A DNA stretch of 64,000 nt from Chrysomallon squamiferum (lineage: Eukaryota; Animalia; Mollusca), in assembly GCA_012295275.1 (NCBI GenBank), contig CM022670.1, forward strand, positions 3,844,001 to 3,908,000, in the 5' to 3' direction. Below are positions 12,810-26,674 of the stretch, in pieces. The notes beneath the pieces are model-generated. The model was not told where the DNA came from. It saw only the letters and a list, made by a program, of their open reading frames with translations, and did no database searches. The position numbers were made by a program, and so were the translations under genes. Positions within the stretch are counted from its first letter, which is position 1. Each line of letters starts with the position of its first letter.

Positions 12810-13628
12810 GATAATTACTTGTTTATTTGTATTATTGCAATGAGATCTTCATCAGTTCTCACTGACTTAATCCATGCTGGTTCGAAGCCTTTCACTACAT
12901 TTCAAACTAATCATTATTTCATTTTAAATTTTTTTTTTTTTATTTATTCATTTTCTTTTATTTCTCCATTTATTATTTTTCTCCTTTTACTCGTTAATTT
13001 TAGGTTGACTCCCACTTTTTGATTTCTCTATCTTATTCTCTCACTCTCTTTCTCTCCCCCATCTCTCTCCACATATATATTCATTTTTTTTTCTCATATT
13101 TCTTCTGTCTGCATCAAGATTGCTGACATTTAACTTCTACTGTAGAAAACTTAGTAATTCTTGAACAGTTTGTAACAAGGTCCACTTCCCGTACCACAGC
13201 AAATGAAGAGGCAATTTTTTTTTAATTTATAAAAAAATGTAAACATTAATCTGCTCATACTTACACAGTAGCCCACCTGGTTCTGTGTCACATCATTACA
13301 AAGCTTCCATGTCTTTCTGAAAGGGAAAAACAGAACACATTGGTTGTCACTGTGACAATGAAAATGCATAAAAAATAAAGTGTGTACATGTCTAGCTAAC
13401 TGATGTGAATGGTTAAATGTGAAGTTGTGGTAATGAACTTTCAAAAAGATCTGTGTGCTGCTGCTATCTTTTATTTCTTTTCTTTAGATTTCTTTGTGCT
13501 ATTATTTTGGGTTTTTTTATTTTATTTGTTTATTTATTTATTGTTGTTGTTGTTGTTGTTGTTTATAAGAATTTTCATTGTTACGGTATGATTGTTTTTA
13601 TTTTTGTTTTATTTTAATTTATTTTAAT

Positions 13629-13668
<40 letters not shown>

Positions 13669-14334
13669 TTTTTTTTTTTTTTTTTTTGGGACATCTGTTT
13701 ACTGTTTTTGACTGTATGACTTTTCTGACATTAAATTTTATTTTTATTACATTTTATTATATTTTATTTTATTATTATTATTTTTTTTTTACCTATTTTT
13801 ATTCATTCATTTTATTTGTTCATTCATTAATTTATTCATTTATCTTTATTCACACACACACATACATACATACATACACACAAACAAACACATTCATTCA
13901 TTATATATTTATCTTTTTATTTACATATGGCTTATTTGGTTGCCATCTTACTTACTCATGCTTTAATTAATTTATTAATTTATTAATTTATTCCACAATT
14001 TTTATAACTGTCTTAAATATACTTAATGACTGCAGAAGAAGGCGTGGCTGAGACTGGCAGCACTCAACAATATTATGCCACACTAAGGCCACAAGGTGCA
14101 TGTGTCTGAAGGGGGTGGGGCATTCTGTCATTACATATGAATCCTGTTCTCATGTAAGTGCGTCAGTTTGTTCAGAAATGGTAAAAAAAAATCTTTAAAA
14201 AAAAGCAACAACTTGGGAGTTTTCAAATGTCATCAAGTGTCAAGTTTCTACAAAATGTTTGATTATTTTTAACATTACAGTATTTAACATAAGAATTACT
14301 GGGGTACAAATGTGACAATCCATGTTATTAATTA

Positions 14335-14387
14335 TACATACATGCATACATACATATATACATACATACACACATACACACAAACAT

Positions 14388-14418
<31 letters not shown>

Positions 14419-14799
14419 TACATACACACACACACACACATACATACACACTTACATATATACATACTTACATACATGCATGCATACATACATGCATACA
14501 TACATGCATACATACATACATACACACACATACATACATACTTACATACAAGCATGCATACCTACCTACATACAAACATATATGCATACATACACATACA
14601 TACATACATAGATACATACATACATACATACATATATACATATATGAATGCATACATACATACATATATGAATGCATACATACATAGATACATTTAAGTA
14701 TTTTTTCATCTCTATAAGTACATACAAAATGAAACAAACACAAAACAATATATAAAACATACAAACACACAGGTACACATAAACACACACACACAACAC

Positions 14800-14834
<35 letters not shown>

Positions 14835-14839
14835 CACAT

Positions 14840-14881
<42 letters not shown>
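14335..14881. repeat. Compound (TACA)n/(CA)n microsatellite
   Basis: Directly visible; source of the spurious H/T/Y/I and C/V/M/Y ORFs. Confidence 0.9.
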
Positions 14882-14885
<4 letters not shown>

Positions 14886-15417
14886 ACTGTTTAACTACAC
14901 AAGCTGTATTAATTTTCATCTTGTACTAAAACTAGGTACACCACCAAACATGACCCACAAACTAGGTGTAAATAGGTAGCACCAACCCAGATACATGTCA
15001 TTACAGATAACAGCAAAGCAGGTGACAGGCTGGTACACTGAAAAGGTAACATTCAAGGTTAATCTTTTAACAAGGGTTACTTAAACAATCAGACGTTTCT
15101 ATCTGTTGTTCAAAAACATGTCAGTGTTAGCCTGTACTTATATAAAATTATCTATATATGTATGTGTGTGGGCGTGTCAGAGTACATACACACACACACA
15201 TACACATTTATACATTTATATATTCACATACACATACACATATATAGTCATACATATAATCATCACACACATACACATACACACAAATACATTCAAACAT
15301 GTAAATAAAAACATACATACATACATACATACAAACATGTACATACACATGCATAAATCTACACAAATGCATTAACATATAAGTACACATGCATAATATA
15401 TTCATATATACTTATTT

Positions 15418-15451
<34 letters not shown>

Positions 15452-15959
15452 CTTTAGAAAAACAGTTGTGAGATTTCAAAAACAATCTTTATCTAGAATA
15501 TAGAAGATAAAACTTGGTGCAGTAGCACTGAAGAAGTAAGCACAGCTCTTCAATGTGTCTTGTTTTCCCAATCCAAACACAACCACATGCCCGGTTAATT
15601 TCTCATGGAAAGGGGTATGTGGAAAATTCTTTGATGTTGAATGATGAAAATTAAACATGAAATTACACACACACACATAATATAAATATTTAAATAAAAC
15701 AAGTTAACTTGAAACATCCTGCCATCATATATATTATGCATATATATAAATTCAAACTGGTGTACATTTATGACCATCTTCTTCATGAAATATTAAACAT
15801 TTATGACAATAAGCTGCAGATTTATGGCTATAAAACTAGTGAGAAAAGTAAAAACAGTAACCCTGGCATGAAATTAAAGATTTATTTAATGACAATATAT
15901 GTATGTATGAACATATGTCTGTGTTTATGTGTGTGTGTGTGTATATATATTGTTAGTAT

Positions 15960-16004
<45 letters not shown>

Positions 16005-16445
16005 CACACATCTATTTACAGAAATTTCTGACTTACTTTTACTCACTGTTAAAACATTTGAATTCCTCTCATTTGTAAATTTTATTCAGTGCAATGTCAA
16101 GATTTTATGTCACAGTGGAACTTTTCTAATGGAGTCTAAATGAATGAATTAAGAAATGAACACTAAAACTTAAACTTTTTTACCTTCTTTTCTTTAAAGT
16201 AATAATTTAAATATCTGCGAATCAACTGATTCAAATACTTCAATCACATTTTTATTATGAATGACCAAATGAAAGAATTAATAAAAAAATAAATGAATGA
16301 AATATAAACCTACAAGTGCATATTAAATTTAAAAATTTAGTAACATATTTTCAATAAATAATAAATATAGTAAATACTGCTAAGCATTTGTTTTAAATAT
16401 AATAATATTAATATTAATAATAATAAATATAAATATAAATATAAT

Positions 16446-16505
<60 letters not shown>

Positions 16506-17609
16506 AATAAATAAATAAATAATAACAGATAATAATTATATGTAGTGGTAATATAAAGTTGGTTTTATTTAGGGTACAACAACAACAACAACAACAACAA
16601 TAATAATTGCAACAATATTATTACTTTTATTATTACTATTATTATTTTTATTACTATTATTATTAATGTTGTTCCGGCTGTTGTTGATATTCAAGGTTTT
16701 ATCAGAAAAGGGCGTGGTGTGTATTTGAAACCTACACACCACATTAACCTCAATTCCTGCCCCCTGAACAAACATTGTCCTGTGTCTTATCACACGGCCA
16801 GCTTCAAGTGACCACCACAGTGTTTGGACAAGGGCTAGCCTAATGGCACTGCAAACTGACCTGGGCATTTCAAACAGTGGACAGTGGTGTTGTGACGCTG
16901 GTGTTTCTGTGCCAAGCCACTGACCCTGTTGAGTTATCTCCAGAGAAATGAGGCTGATGTGGGGACAACACTTTCAGTTGAACTAGTTCTCATGAATGTT
17001 TGAACATGGAATTAATTGCTGATCCATTTTCTAGTCCTTTTTTATTTATTTTTTTTTATCTCAAAAAAGAAAAAGAAAAGAAAAGAAAGAAAAAAAAGAA
17101 AAAAAAAAAAAAAATCTCTTTCTCCGTTTACTTTCTCCGATATTGCGATGAACTGCCACATAGAAAAAGGTGTTCATACTATATAACGTTAACAGGATTC
17201 ATCCTGGGGGTAAAGGCGTGTCTGCAAAGGAGTTATACTGTGGGTGGGGCTGAAAGTTTAAATGATGTCAGCTCGTTTGGGATAAAGGGTGGATAAACTA
17301 CATGAAGGGGTGGGGTAGATGTAAAATTACAGGGCATCAAATGGATCACAAATTATTTTTCAATATTCACAACAATACTATTAAAAAGGAAAAAAAAAAT
17401 TAAGCATTTCAGTTTATTTATTTTATTATTTTACTTTTGAATTTACCTGTTTGGAAAAATTTGCATATTTTTTTAAAAGTGAAAAAATAAAAAAAAATAA
17501 TAATAAAAAATAAAAAATAGAAAATAAATAAATAAATTAAACTCTTTCATACCAGCAGTAATTTTTGAAAGTGTACTGGATCAATTAGTCTTGATTGTGC
17601 AGCAAGGAA

Positions 17610-17642
<33 letters not shown>

Positions 17643-17887
17643 CCTTGCAGACAGGACAGCCCAATATTACTTATAAGCATTTACCTCACAGATGTTATTT
17701 TCTCAAACAGGTTTCCTTTACAGCAGCAGAAAGGACACTTTTATAAGGATTTGTTTCTCAAATACAAGAAAAGAATGGCAAAACCACTAAGTGTTTTATC
17801 ATTTTTTTCTTTTTTTCATTTCTTTTTTGAACATTTCCTGTATAAATATAATTACAAAATATACAAAAAAAAAAAAAAAAAAAAAAA

Positions 17888-17918
<31 letters not shown>

Positions 17919-19311
17919 AATCTGCAACATTTTCATTTCTCTCACAAACAAGATTACCTCAAAAACAAACACCATCATTTTTCTGAAGCTACATACAGGT
18001 CACTTTTACAGGCATTTCTCTAAGGAACAACACACTAAACAAAATTCTACAGCTGAGATAGTCTTCTGATGATGCACTGATATGTGAATCTTTCTTTTTC
18101 ACAACAGCAGCAAAAAGATTTTTACAAGCATTTGCATTTATAGACAAATCTCTACCTGGAAGAATCCCACCTTGTTGTCACCCTTTTTGCAGTGCAGCAA
18201 GAATTCTTTTAAGCAGTTCCCATAAGACAAATGTGCTGAACATTCTTTAAGCTTTACTGAATAAATTTACATCAGTTTCAGATACACTTAGATCAGCAGT
18301 GAGATCTAACAGGTTACATGGTTATTTCAGTTTTTTTTTAATATTCTTCTTGTGATGAATCAGGCAGATATAAATGTCAGTCAGGTCCTGTTAATAACAA
18401 ACACCTGCTTTTAATGGACAAGAGCTATTCAGTATGTAAATGGAAATATGTTAGACTTATTATTATGATTTTTTTTTTTTAAATGATAATAAAAATACAG
18501 CTGTTATTTTAACAGCAAACTAGTATAAATCTATCACTTGACATGTAGAAACTGAGAAATGAATTCCATTTAAAGACTTTTGAAAAATGTAAATCCGAAT
18601 TTCAACTTTGCTGATACAGATTAATCCATTATTAGACTTCTAAAGACCATGCTTTGTTGGACATTCAGTTACTGACTGAAACTGAAATACACTGAATGGT
18701 AAAAATAAACAAAGTAATGGGTTCCTGAAATACTTTCAAAACAACAGTTCTTTACCAAACATCTGAACTGCGACATGAGAAACAGAAGTATTCTGGATAT
18801 AAAACTCTGGATGCCTGTTTAAAATTTTGTGTTTTTGTTATGACAATATAACAGCATACCAATCAAAACCAATGGAATAAATATTCTGAATTTTTTTTTT
18901 AATTTTATTATTATAATTATTATTATTATGATTATTATTATTATTATTTTATTATTATTATTATTATTATTACTACTACTACTACTACTATTACTTTTCC
19001 CTCCAGTATGAACAATGAAAGTTTGGGTACTGAATGTTTATTTATTTATCGACTGACGAAGTGACTGTAAATAATACAATATATAAAAACTATATATAAC
19101 ATTTAAAAAGAAGAAGACGATGACAAAAAGAAATAACAACAAAAAAAAAATAATAATAAAGAAAAACTGAATAAATAAAGTAAAAAGAGAAAAAGAAATT
19201 GAAAAGAAAAAGGAAACAAAAAGAAAAAAGAAAATGGAAGAAAAATATTTAAAATATTATTTTTTTGTACAGAATATTCATAACTGTTTTGTATGCCAAT
19301 CACAAAAGACT

Positions 19312-19610
19312 CCAGAATCCAGCAATCTTTAGCTAAACAGCTAAACCAAACCCAACCTATTTCCTTTCCATTGTTAATGATCTGTAAAATCTTCTGTAAA
19401 ACTTTGTCTCTAATTCTAAGATCAGATCCCAGAACCTAACAAACTTAAATTTCACAGATTAGCCATTTCCCACCCTACTTCTTCTCCACTTTTTAATTAA
19501 TTTTATATAAAATCTACAGCATAAACACAACTTTATAAAACAACAGAAGCCAGAATCTACCATACTTAAATTACATAGCCAAACCAATTCTCAGCATTGT
19601 TTTTTTTTTC
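19312..19610. repeat. Decayed tandem repeat of about 120 bp (3 units)
   Basis: Units begin ccagaa at 19312, 19429 and 19550, each followed by a similar ...cttaaatt.ca.ag..aaacca... string. Confidence 0.55.
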
Positions 19611-20624
19611 TTATTTGATAACCTACAAGATCTAGAATCAAAGTAAACACGTCTGACAAACAGGTGTGGGTCAGCTGAATGGAATTTCTTGTTTTCATTA
19701 CAGGAAGATTTATGACCTGGTCACACCCTGTCTGCAGTGGCTGGCACTATCAGACCCCAACAGGCATGTCTCTCCCTCCCTCACACAGTGGAACTCTTTT
19801 ACAGAGTGTTACTTCTCCATCAAGGAGGTCAGGAACAAAAAGCAGACGGAATTCTTCGCACTGCTGGCCAGGCAGGCTGCTTCCCTGCTGGACTTAATGG
19901 CCATTAACAACAACACTTTCTGCTAAGCTACAACTTTCAAAGAGATCTGAGTGCCAAAGTCTTAACAGACTGCATCATTTCAATCTTCGGTTGAATTAGT
20001 CATGGAAATCTGGTGTGCTGCCAACCAGAATAAGTTTAAAAATCCATGTCTTTTTATGGTTATCAAACAAACAATCAAAAATAATATTTTGTACTTTTCC
20101 ACATATGATTAGTTGTTGAAATACAGAGTGCTAAAACTCAGAAGATGATAATTTATTTGTTATAATTTATGTACAAAGAACTCACTAACACATATTACCA
20201 CTAATTCTTCCAATACAACTATTATGAACATCTGCTGTGTTTAATACAAATAAATTAGCCAAAATGTATTTTGTACTCTTTCACTATGATGGGTTATGGA
20301 AAAGATTTTTTTGTTATAAAGAAACAAAATACATTTTTTATACTTGATAGTATTTTTCAGGAATTTTACACACACACACTTTTTTTTTTTTTAATCATTA
20401 TTATTTCTGTGCATGAAATGAAGTTAACCATTAAAACAGAAATATAAAATTAAAATTAAATGTGTGTTTGTGGGAGGTGCTGCAGTTTTGCTTCTTTTCC
20501 TTTTACAAATATATCTGCAGTTACAACTAGAATAGGAAAAATTTCAAGTTTTTATTTAATAACACACATTTTTTATTTATTTTTTTACATCTGCTCATAC
20601 ATAGGATCATAATTGTGTTCATAG

Positions 20625-20930
20625 ACCCACAAAGAGAGAGGAAACAAGCTATCAACTTATGAATTGGACTTCTCTTTTTTCAATTAGCAGCAAGAAGTCT
20701 TATACGGTGCACCTTCACACAAAGTGCAAAACGTGAACCACAGCCTTTGATAAACAACATGTGAAATGATGGTTTGAATGGGAAATAATTCAACAGGGAA
20801 AAAAACTAATAATGGAATCAATTTACATTGTTATCAACAGAGACACCAGGTCTGTCTGTCATGAGTTAGGATTTCAACTGAAAACTCAACACACCATCAT
20901 GTTATCTGAAAACATCACTGCTGCACAAAA
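20625..20930 (-). mobile_element. Degenerate tRNA-derived SINE remnant (resembles molluscan Meta-domain SINEs)
   Basis: The string agagagaggaaac...ctctttttcaattagcagcaagaagtcttata...tgcacc...accacagcctttg resembles, from memory, the reverse complement of a common molluscan SINE core (...TGCATATAAAAGATCCCTTGCTGCTAATCGAAAAGAG...GGGTTTCCTCTCT). Needs a Dfam/Repbase check. Confidence 0.45.
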
Positions 20931-21376
20931 CATAAGATATTAAATCATTTTTACACTGGTAATAAAAATTTTATGTTTAATTTTCCTTCTTTCCTTTTTT
21001 ATTTTTATTTTTTATTTCCTTCATCAAAAGAATATTATATAAATTTAGGAATTACGGTTTAAAACCCTACTTGGAATGTTTCAGATAGTAAAATCCCCAT
21101 CAAAAAAACGTGCGAGTTCATGAATATTCATAAGGGCTGTCATTTCTGAAGTTTTATGATATTTAATGAGGTGAGAAAGTGCATCTATCTGGAGTCAGCT
21201 ACATTTTTATAGAGCTGGTTTACTTGGTCAGTGACAGCATGGACATTTCTTCTAACAATATGCAGAAAGTCTGACAGGAGTAAGATAAACAAACTGTAAG
21301 CACTGTTAAACACTGATACTTAATTACATACAGAGAATAAATGAACTCAAAAAAAAAAATAATAATAATAAAAAAA

Positions 21377-21408
<32 letters not shown>

Positions 21409-21412
21409 ATTA

Positions 21413-21463
<51 letters not shown>

Positions 21464-21864
21464 AAAGAATAAAAAAATAAATGCATAGTGAAAGGTTTAT
21501 TCTAAATTAAAATAAAATACTGGGACATTTTCTAAATGTACAGGAATGATTTGGAAAGCATTAAAGTATTTAGAGATGGACAGATAGAGTTGATGATCAG
21601 ATGGTGAGAGGGAAGAACAGAGTGAGGAATGGATGGATATTCAGACTAATGGATAGACAGATATGCATATAGATACAGCCTGCGTAACAAATGTTTATAT
21701 GAAAGTATGCATAGGTTTAAGTGAGTGAAAGCAAATGTGTGTTTGTAGATTTATGTATTTCGAGGAAGTTGATTATTTTTATTAGCTTCTGTTTATTTCA
21801 TTTATTTGTTATTTGTTTTTATTATTAAAATAACAGATCAAAAATAAAAATATATATAAATCTG

Positions 21865-21927
<63 letters not shown>

Positions 21928-21995
21928 TATATATATGAATATATATGTACACATATACATACAAACATACATACATACATACATACATGTATATG

Positions 21996-22062
<67 letters not shown>

Positions 22063-22583
22063 ATATATAGTTAAGTATGTATTTTCTTTTATTTATGTTT
22101 TTAATCTACTTGTTTAAGCACCATTACTTTCTATATCATTATACGTATCACTCATTTTATTTTCGTTTTCACCCCGGGGTAAGTATACACAAGTAAAAAT
22201 GTGAAGTATTTTATCTCGGAGCTAATATTTCCCCAGTGCAGTGCTTACACGATAGCACATTGCGTGACTGTTACTGGTTATCAAGGTGGACCTGGCTGAC
22301 TTTCCAGCTTTAGACAAAACACTATCAGAAATAGCACATTACAGCTTGCCCTGATAGCATTATCAGCTTCCTAGCCCCAAGGTGTGGGAGGCAGGATGAC
22401 GGTAGTAAACTTTACCGCACGTAAATAACATCCAGCAAGTGTCTGTTCTGTGTGGGGTGATGTGTGCTCTTTCTTTATACCAGACTTTTTTTAAATTATT
22501 ATTATTAAAAATTAAAAATTTAAAATTATTATTAGTTTCTGTGCTCGTCATCATTTTTGTTGTTGATGTTGTTATTATTGTTT

Positions 22584-22646
<63 letters not shown>

Positions 22647-23150
22647 TTATTATTATTATAAAATATTAATTTCCTATTGACAGGCTTTGTTTTTAGCATT
22701 ACCTCTTTCATTTAATTTTGTTTTATCAATATCATCATTCTGTTTTACTAAATGAACCTATGTAGGTAAAGACATACATGTATAATTAGCAACAAATAAG
22801 AGTATGTGTATACAATATCAGTATATGAAAATAAATATTAAGAAATGGTTACATCAGATATATAGACAGAATGTTTGAGATGATACTATCATTATTAAAT
22901 GTTAAATGTATTTTAATTTTGTAATTATGATATCAAAAAAGATGTCATTTAACAATAACAGATCTTTTATGTATATATTTTATATATCTTTCCCATAGAA
23001 AAGAAAGAGCATAAAGCTGGAATGGGAAAGAAGAATGTGCAGACTCTAATTTATTAATACTAGGCTCACATCTCAGTGGAGTTGTTTTTTTTACAAAGAT
23101 TCTTCTCTCTGAGAATGTATTTTTTTTATAATCATCATCATCATCATTAC

Positions 23151-23188
<38 letters not shown>

Positions 23189-24374
23189 ATATTATCAGTA
23201 TTATTTAGTATCATGAACCAATACTCACAAAACTACCTGTACCACCAACAGACCACTGTCATGGGGAGATAACTCAGGCTGTGCATCTGTTTTTTTGGAA
23301 AATGCAGGCGTGCTTTTCAACAGCTTCAAAGCTAATTAGGTGGATTTTTTCTAAAGATGAAGGGCAGATTTTATCCTGTCTGATGCCATCACTCCCTAGA
23401 TTGCTTCTAAACAGGGTCAGTTCATTTAAAAATACTTTCAAGTTTGAAACATATCAGCAGATTCCAGTAACCCAGCATACAGGGTTATCTGCCCCAGACA
23501 GTGCAAAACGTGATAAATTAAAGAGTTTCTGCCCTTGCAGCTCCTCAATTAGCTTTGGATAGGAGCTGTCAGTGGGGTGACACGCACTGCAGGATTCGTT
23601 GAAAGAAAGAAAGAAAGAAAGAAAGAAAGAATCAAAGACAGAAAAAAATAATGAAAAAATAAATAAAGAAACACTGAAAGAAACAAAGAAACTTTAGAAT
23701 ATCTTAGAATTTTGGTCTTAAAGTTGAAAAGTTCTTTTCAAAGGTGTGTATGTAACATCATCTGAAAGTTGTACAAGTGTACAAGCACTGAACTGGAAGT
23801 ATTAAATTGTTAAATGGCTGGATTATGCCCTGAATGAAAGAACGAACAAAGAAAAAAAATCTTAATTTTGTTCCTACATTTGTTTTCCAATCCGTGTGAA
23901 CTTGGACTGCATACCTACATGCTTTTTATGCATGAATATACAGAACAAAACAAAATAATGAATAAAGACCAAATGAAATAATTAGATATAAATAAATTAC
24001 ACATTACCAGGCTGACTAACCAAACACAATAAAAATTAAAATAATAATTTTAGAAAGCTTATCACTATGAATTATAATTGATAGTACTATTCAACATAAT
24101 AAAACAACAGCTAGAAAAAAAAATAATAATAATAAATAAAAAAATATATATATATATAAAAACACAGACCTACATATAAAAATAAATATACACACACATA
24201 CATATACATAATGCATATACATAGCACACATACACACACATAAATATAGTACTCATACAGGTACAGGTAAAGGTAAAAATACATATACATACAAATACAC
24301 ATCAATATAAACATAAACATAAACATATAGATATACATATACACATACATATACACATACACATACACATAAAC

Positions 24375-24411
<37 letters not shown>

Positions 24412-26626
24412 TTCACATACACATATACATGTATGTAATTTACTTCATTTTAAATCAAATCCCCTCATTATAGATTGCAACGAGACACAAAACAGATTAA
24501 TTTTAACAACTAAAGAATCTCATATAATCTGTAATCACAATAAAACGCTTTAAAAGATTCCTCTTGTTCTGGAATGGCATCAAACAAAATTAATAATAAA
24601 AAAGATTTTTAATTTTTTTTTAAATTTAATCATGTACATTAAGTGCTCACAGGAGGTCAGCCACCTTGATACAGAACAACTGTTTCATTGACAAAGATCA
24701 GCCATTTTACTCAGCAATAATTATTACTTTGTGCATAATAAAATTGATTTTTAAACAATCAATTGACAAATATACACTTAAACGGATATTGACATATCTC
24801 TCTCTCTCTGCTTGAATATACAAGAAGCACGACTGATTCTCTACTGAATGAGTTACCGAATAATTATTAGACATATCTGTCACGCATGAATGGGTTTTGG
24901 GGAGGTTTATGGGCCAAGCTGAAGTGATGAATGAATTTCAACTTGGTGACAAGTGGATGAATCAATCCCTGTTTGATGATGAATGGGTGGTCTAATGTTA
25001 TTGTCTTTCTGGATATCCAAATTCCAGCCACACACATACACATGCATGTATATATATATACACACATATTATTTGAAAATTTATGATTACAAAGCAGTAT
25101 AAAACCAATTTTTAAGCAGTACCATGATTTTATCCAATAAGGAAAGATTTTTAAATTAATATTTAACTTGTACTAAGGTAAAAAAAAATATATATATATT
25201 GTAAAACATGTCAAACAGAGGTATTTGAAATTAAGTAATAATAATATAATCCTAGCAGCATAATATTTAATCCCAGTTTTAAAATATTACAAACCCTAAT
25301 CCACGATGAAGAAAACATATTAATATGTGAAACTGTTACAAAGATATATTTTGAAAAACCTGTAAATTATAAAACTGAAATAATGACACACATTTCATAC
25401 AACTTTTTATCGAAATGGATCAGTTGAAATTTACTGTAAGCCTAATTATGTCAAAGATAACAAATTTTTGTTAAAAAATATCTGTATAGTTCAGATAAAA
25501 CTTAATGGGAAATATATATATATGTATTTTACTTATTATTATTAAAAGTAATAATATTAATGGATTGACACTTATAATTATAATAAAGATGTCACAAAAA
25601 AAAATTCTACACAAATGTAAGAGGAAAAAATAAAAAAGATCACAGGCCAGGAAGAATTTTAAAAAAAGCATTTTTTTATATTTTTGTTTATTTATTTATT
25701 TATAAATTTTCAAAGTATTCTCAGATAAATAATTATATCATGCTATGCCTCTAAGATGTCATCATTACAGTTTCCTGTTTTGTAGTTGATAATTTCCTCC
25801 CTTCTTAAGAAATGATCTCAAGAAAATGCACCACCCACCCAAGAATATAAAATCTTAAAATGATAATATCAAACTGGTTGCTTGATGTTTATGCAAGCCA
25901 GCAAAATTTTAAGTAACCTGCATATCAGTCCATAAAATCATGCAAAATTTTTACTTATCTGTACATTAGTCATAATATTTTTTTATTATTATTTTTCATT
26001 TTTTTTTTTTTTCTTTTTTAGATGCTGTTCTCTCAATGAAAATCACACTCCTCTGCGAAATTTACCACTCATTCAGTTTATTTTTGTGCATCAGATGTTA
26101 TCACATTCAGCAAGTCAAAAATTCCCGGCATACTCAGACTGGGTGTATCACCAGACAACGCCAATTTTATATAATAAATAAAGAAATAAGCAATATCCTG
26201 TAATCACACTGACTCTTTACTCAGATACAATGTAATTTCTGTTCTGTTGTTCTTGTTTTTTAAACTTAAAAAAGAATAACATTTTAGAACGTTTTATTAC
26301 CAGTCATGGGAAATGATATTTACTTTCAAGCAAAGAATGACAACTGAATCTAAGTTGTCTGTTTAGTTTATCTGTATAATGGTTTATTCATCCATCTATC
26401 CATCCATCCATGCATCTATTTTCTTGCATAAGCAAAACATAGATACACACACATAAAAATGTATTCATACATGTGTGTGTATCTATATACATTTATACAA
26501 ACACATCCACCCACACATATATAACAGTCAAATGTATGTTCATATCAACAAACACTGCATATATCTATATATCTGTCTGTCTCTGTCTTTCTGTCTTTCT
26601 ATCTGTCTGTCTACCTATCTCTCTAT

Positions 26627-26674
<48 letters not shown>

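Noticed and set aside
14240-14919. Multiple overlapping His/Thr/Tyr and Cys/Val ORFs
   Set aside because: (TACA)n/(CA)n microsatellite artefacts; the same applies to similar ORFs at 10.7, 24, 28.1, 54, 56 and 59 kb.
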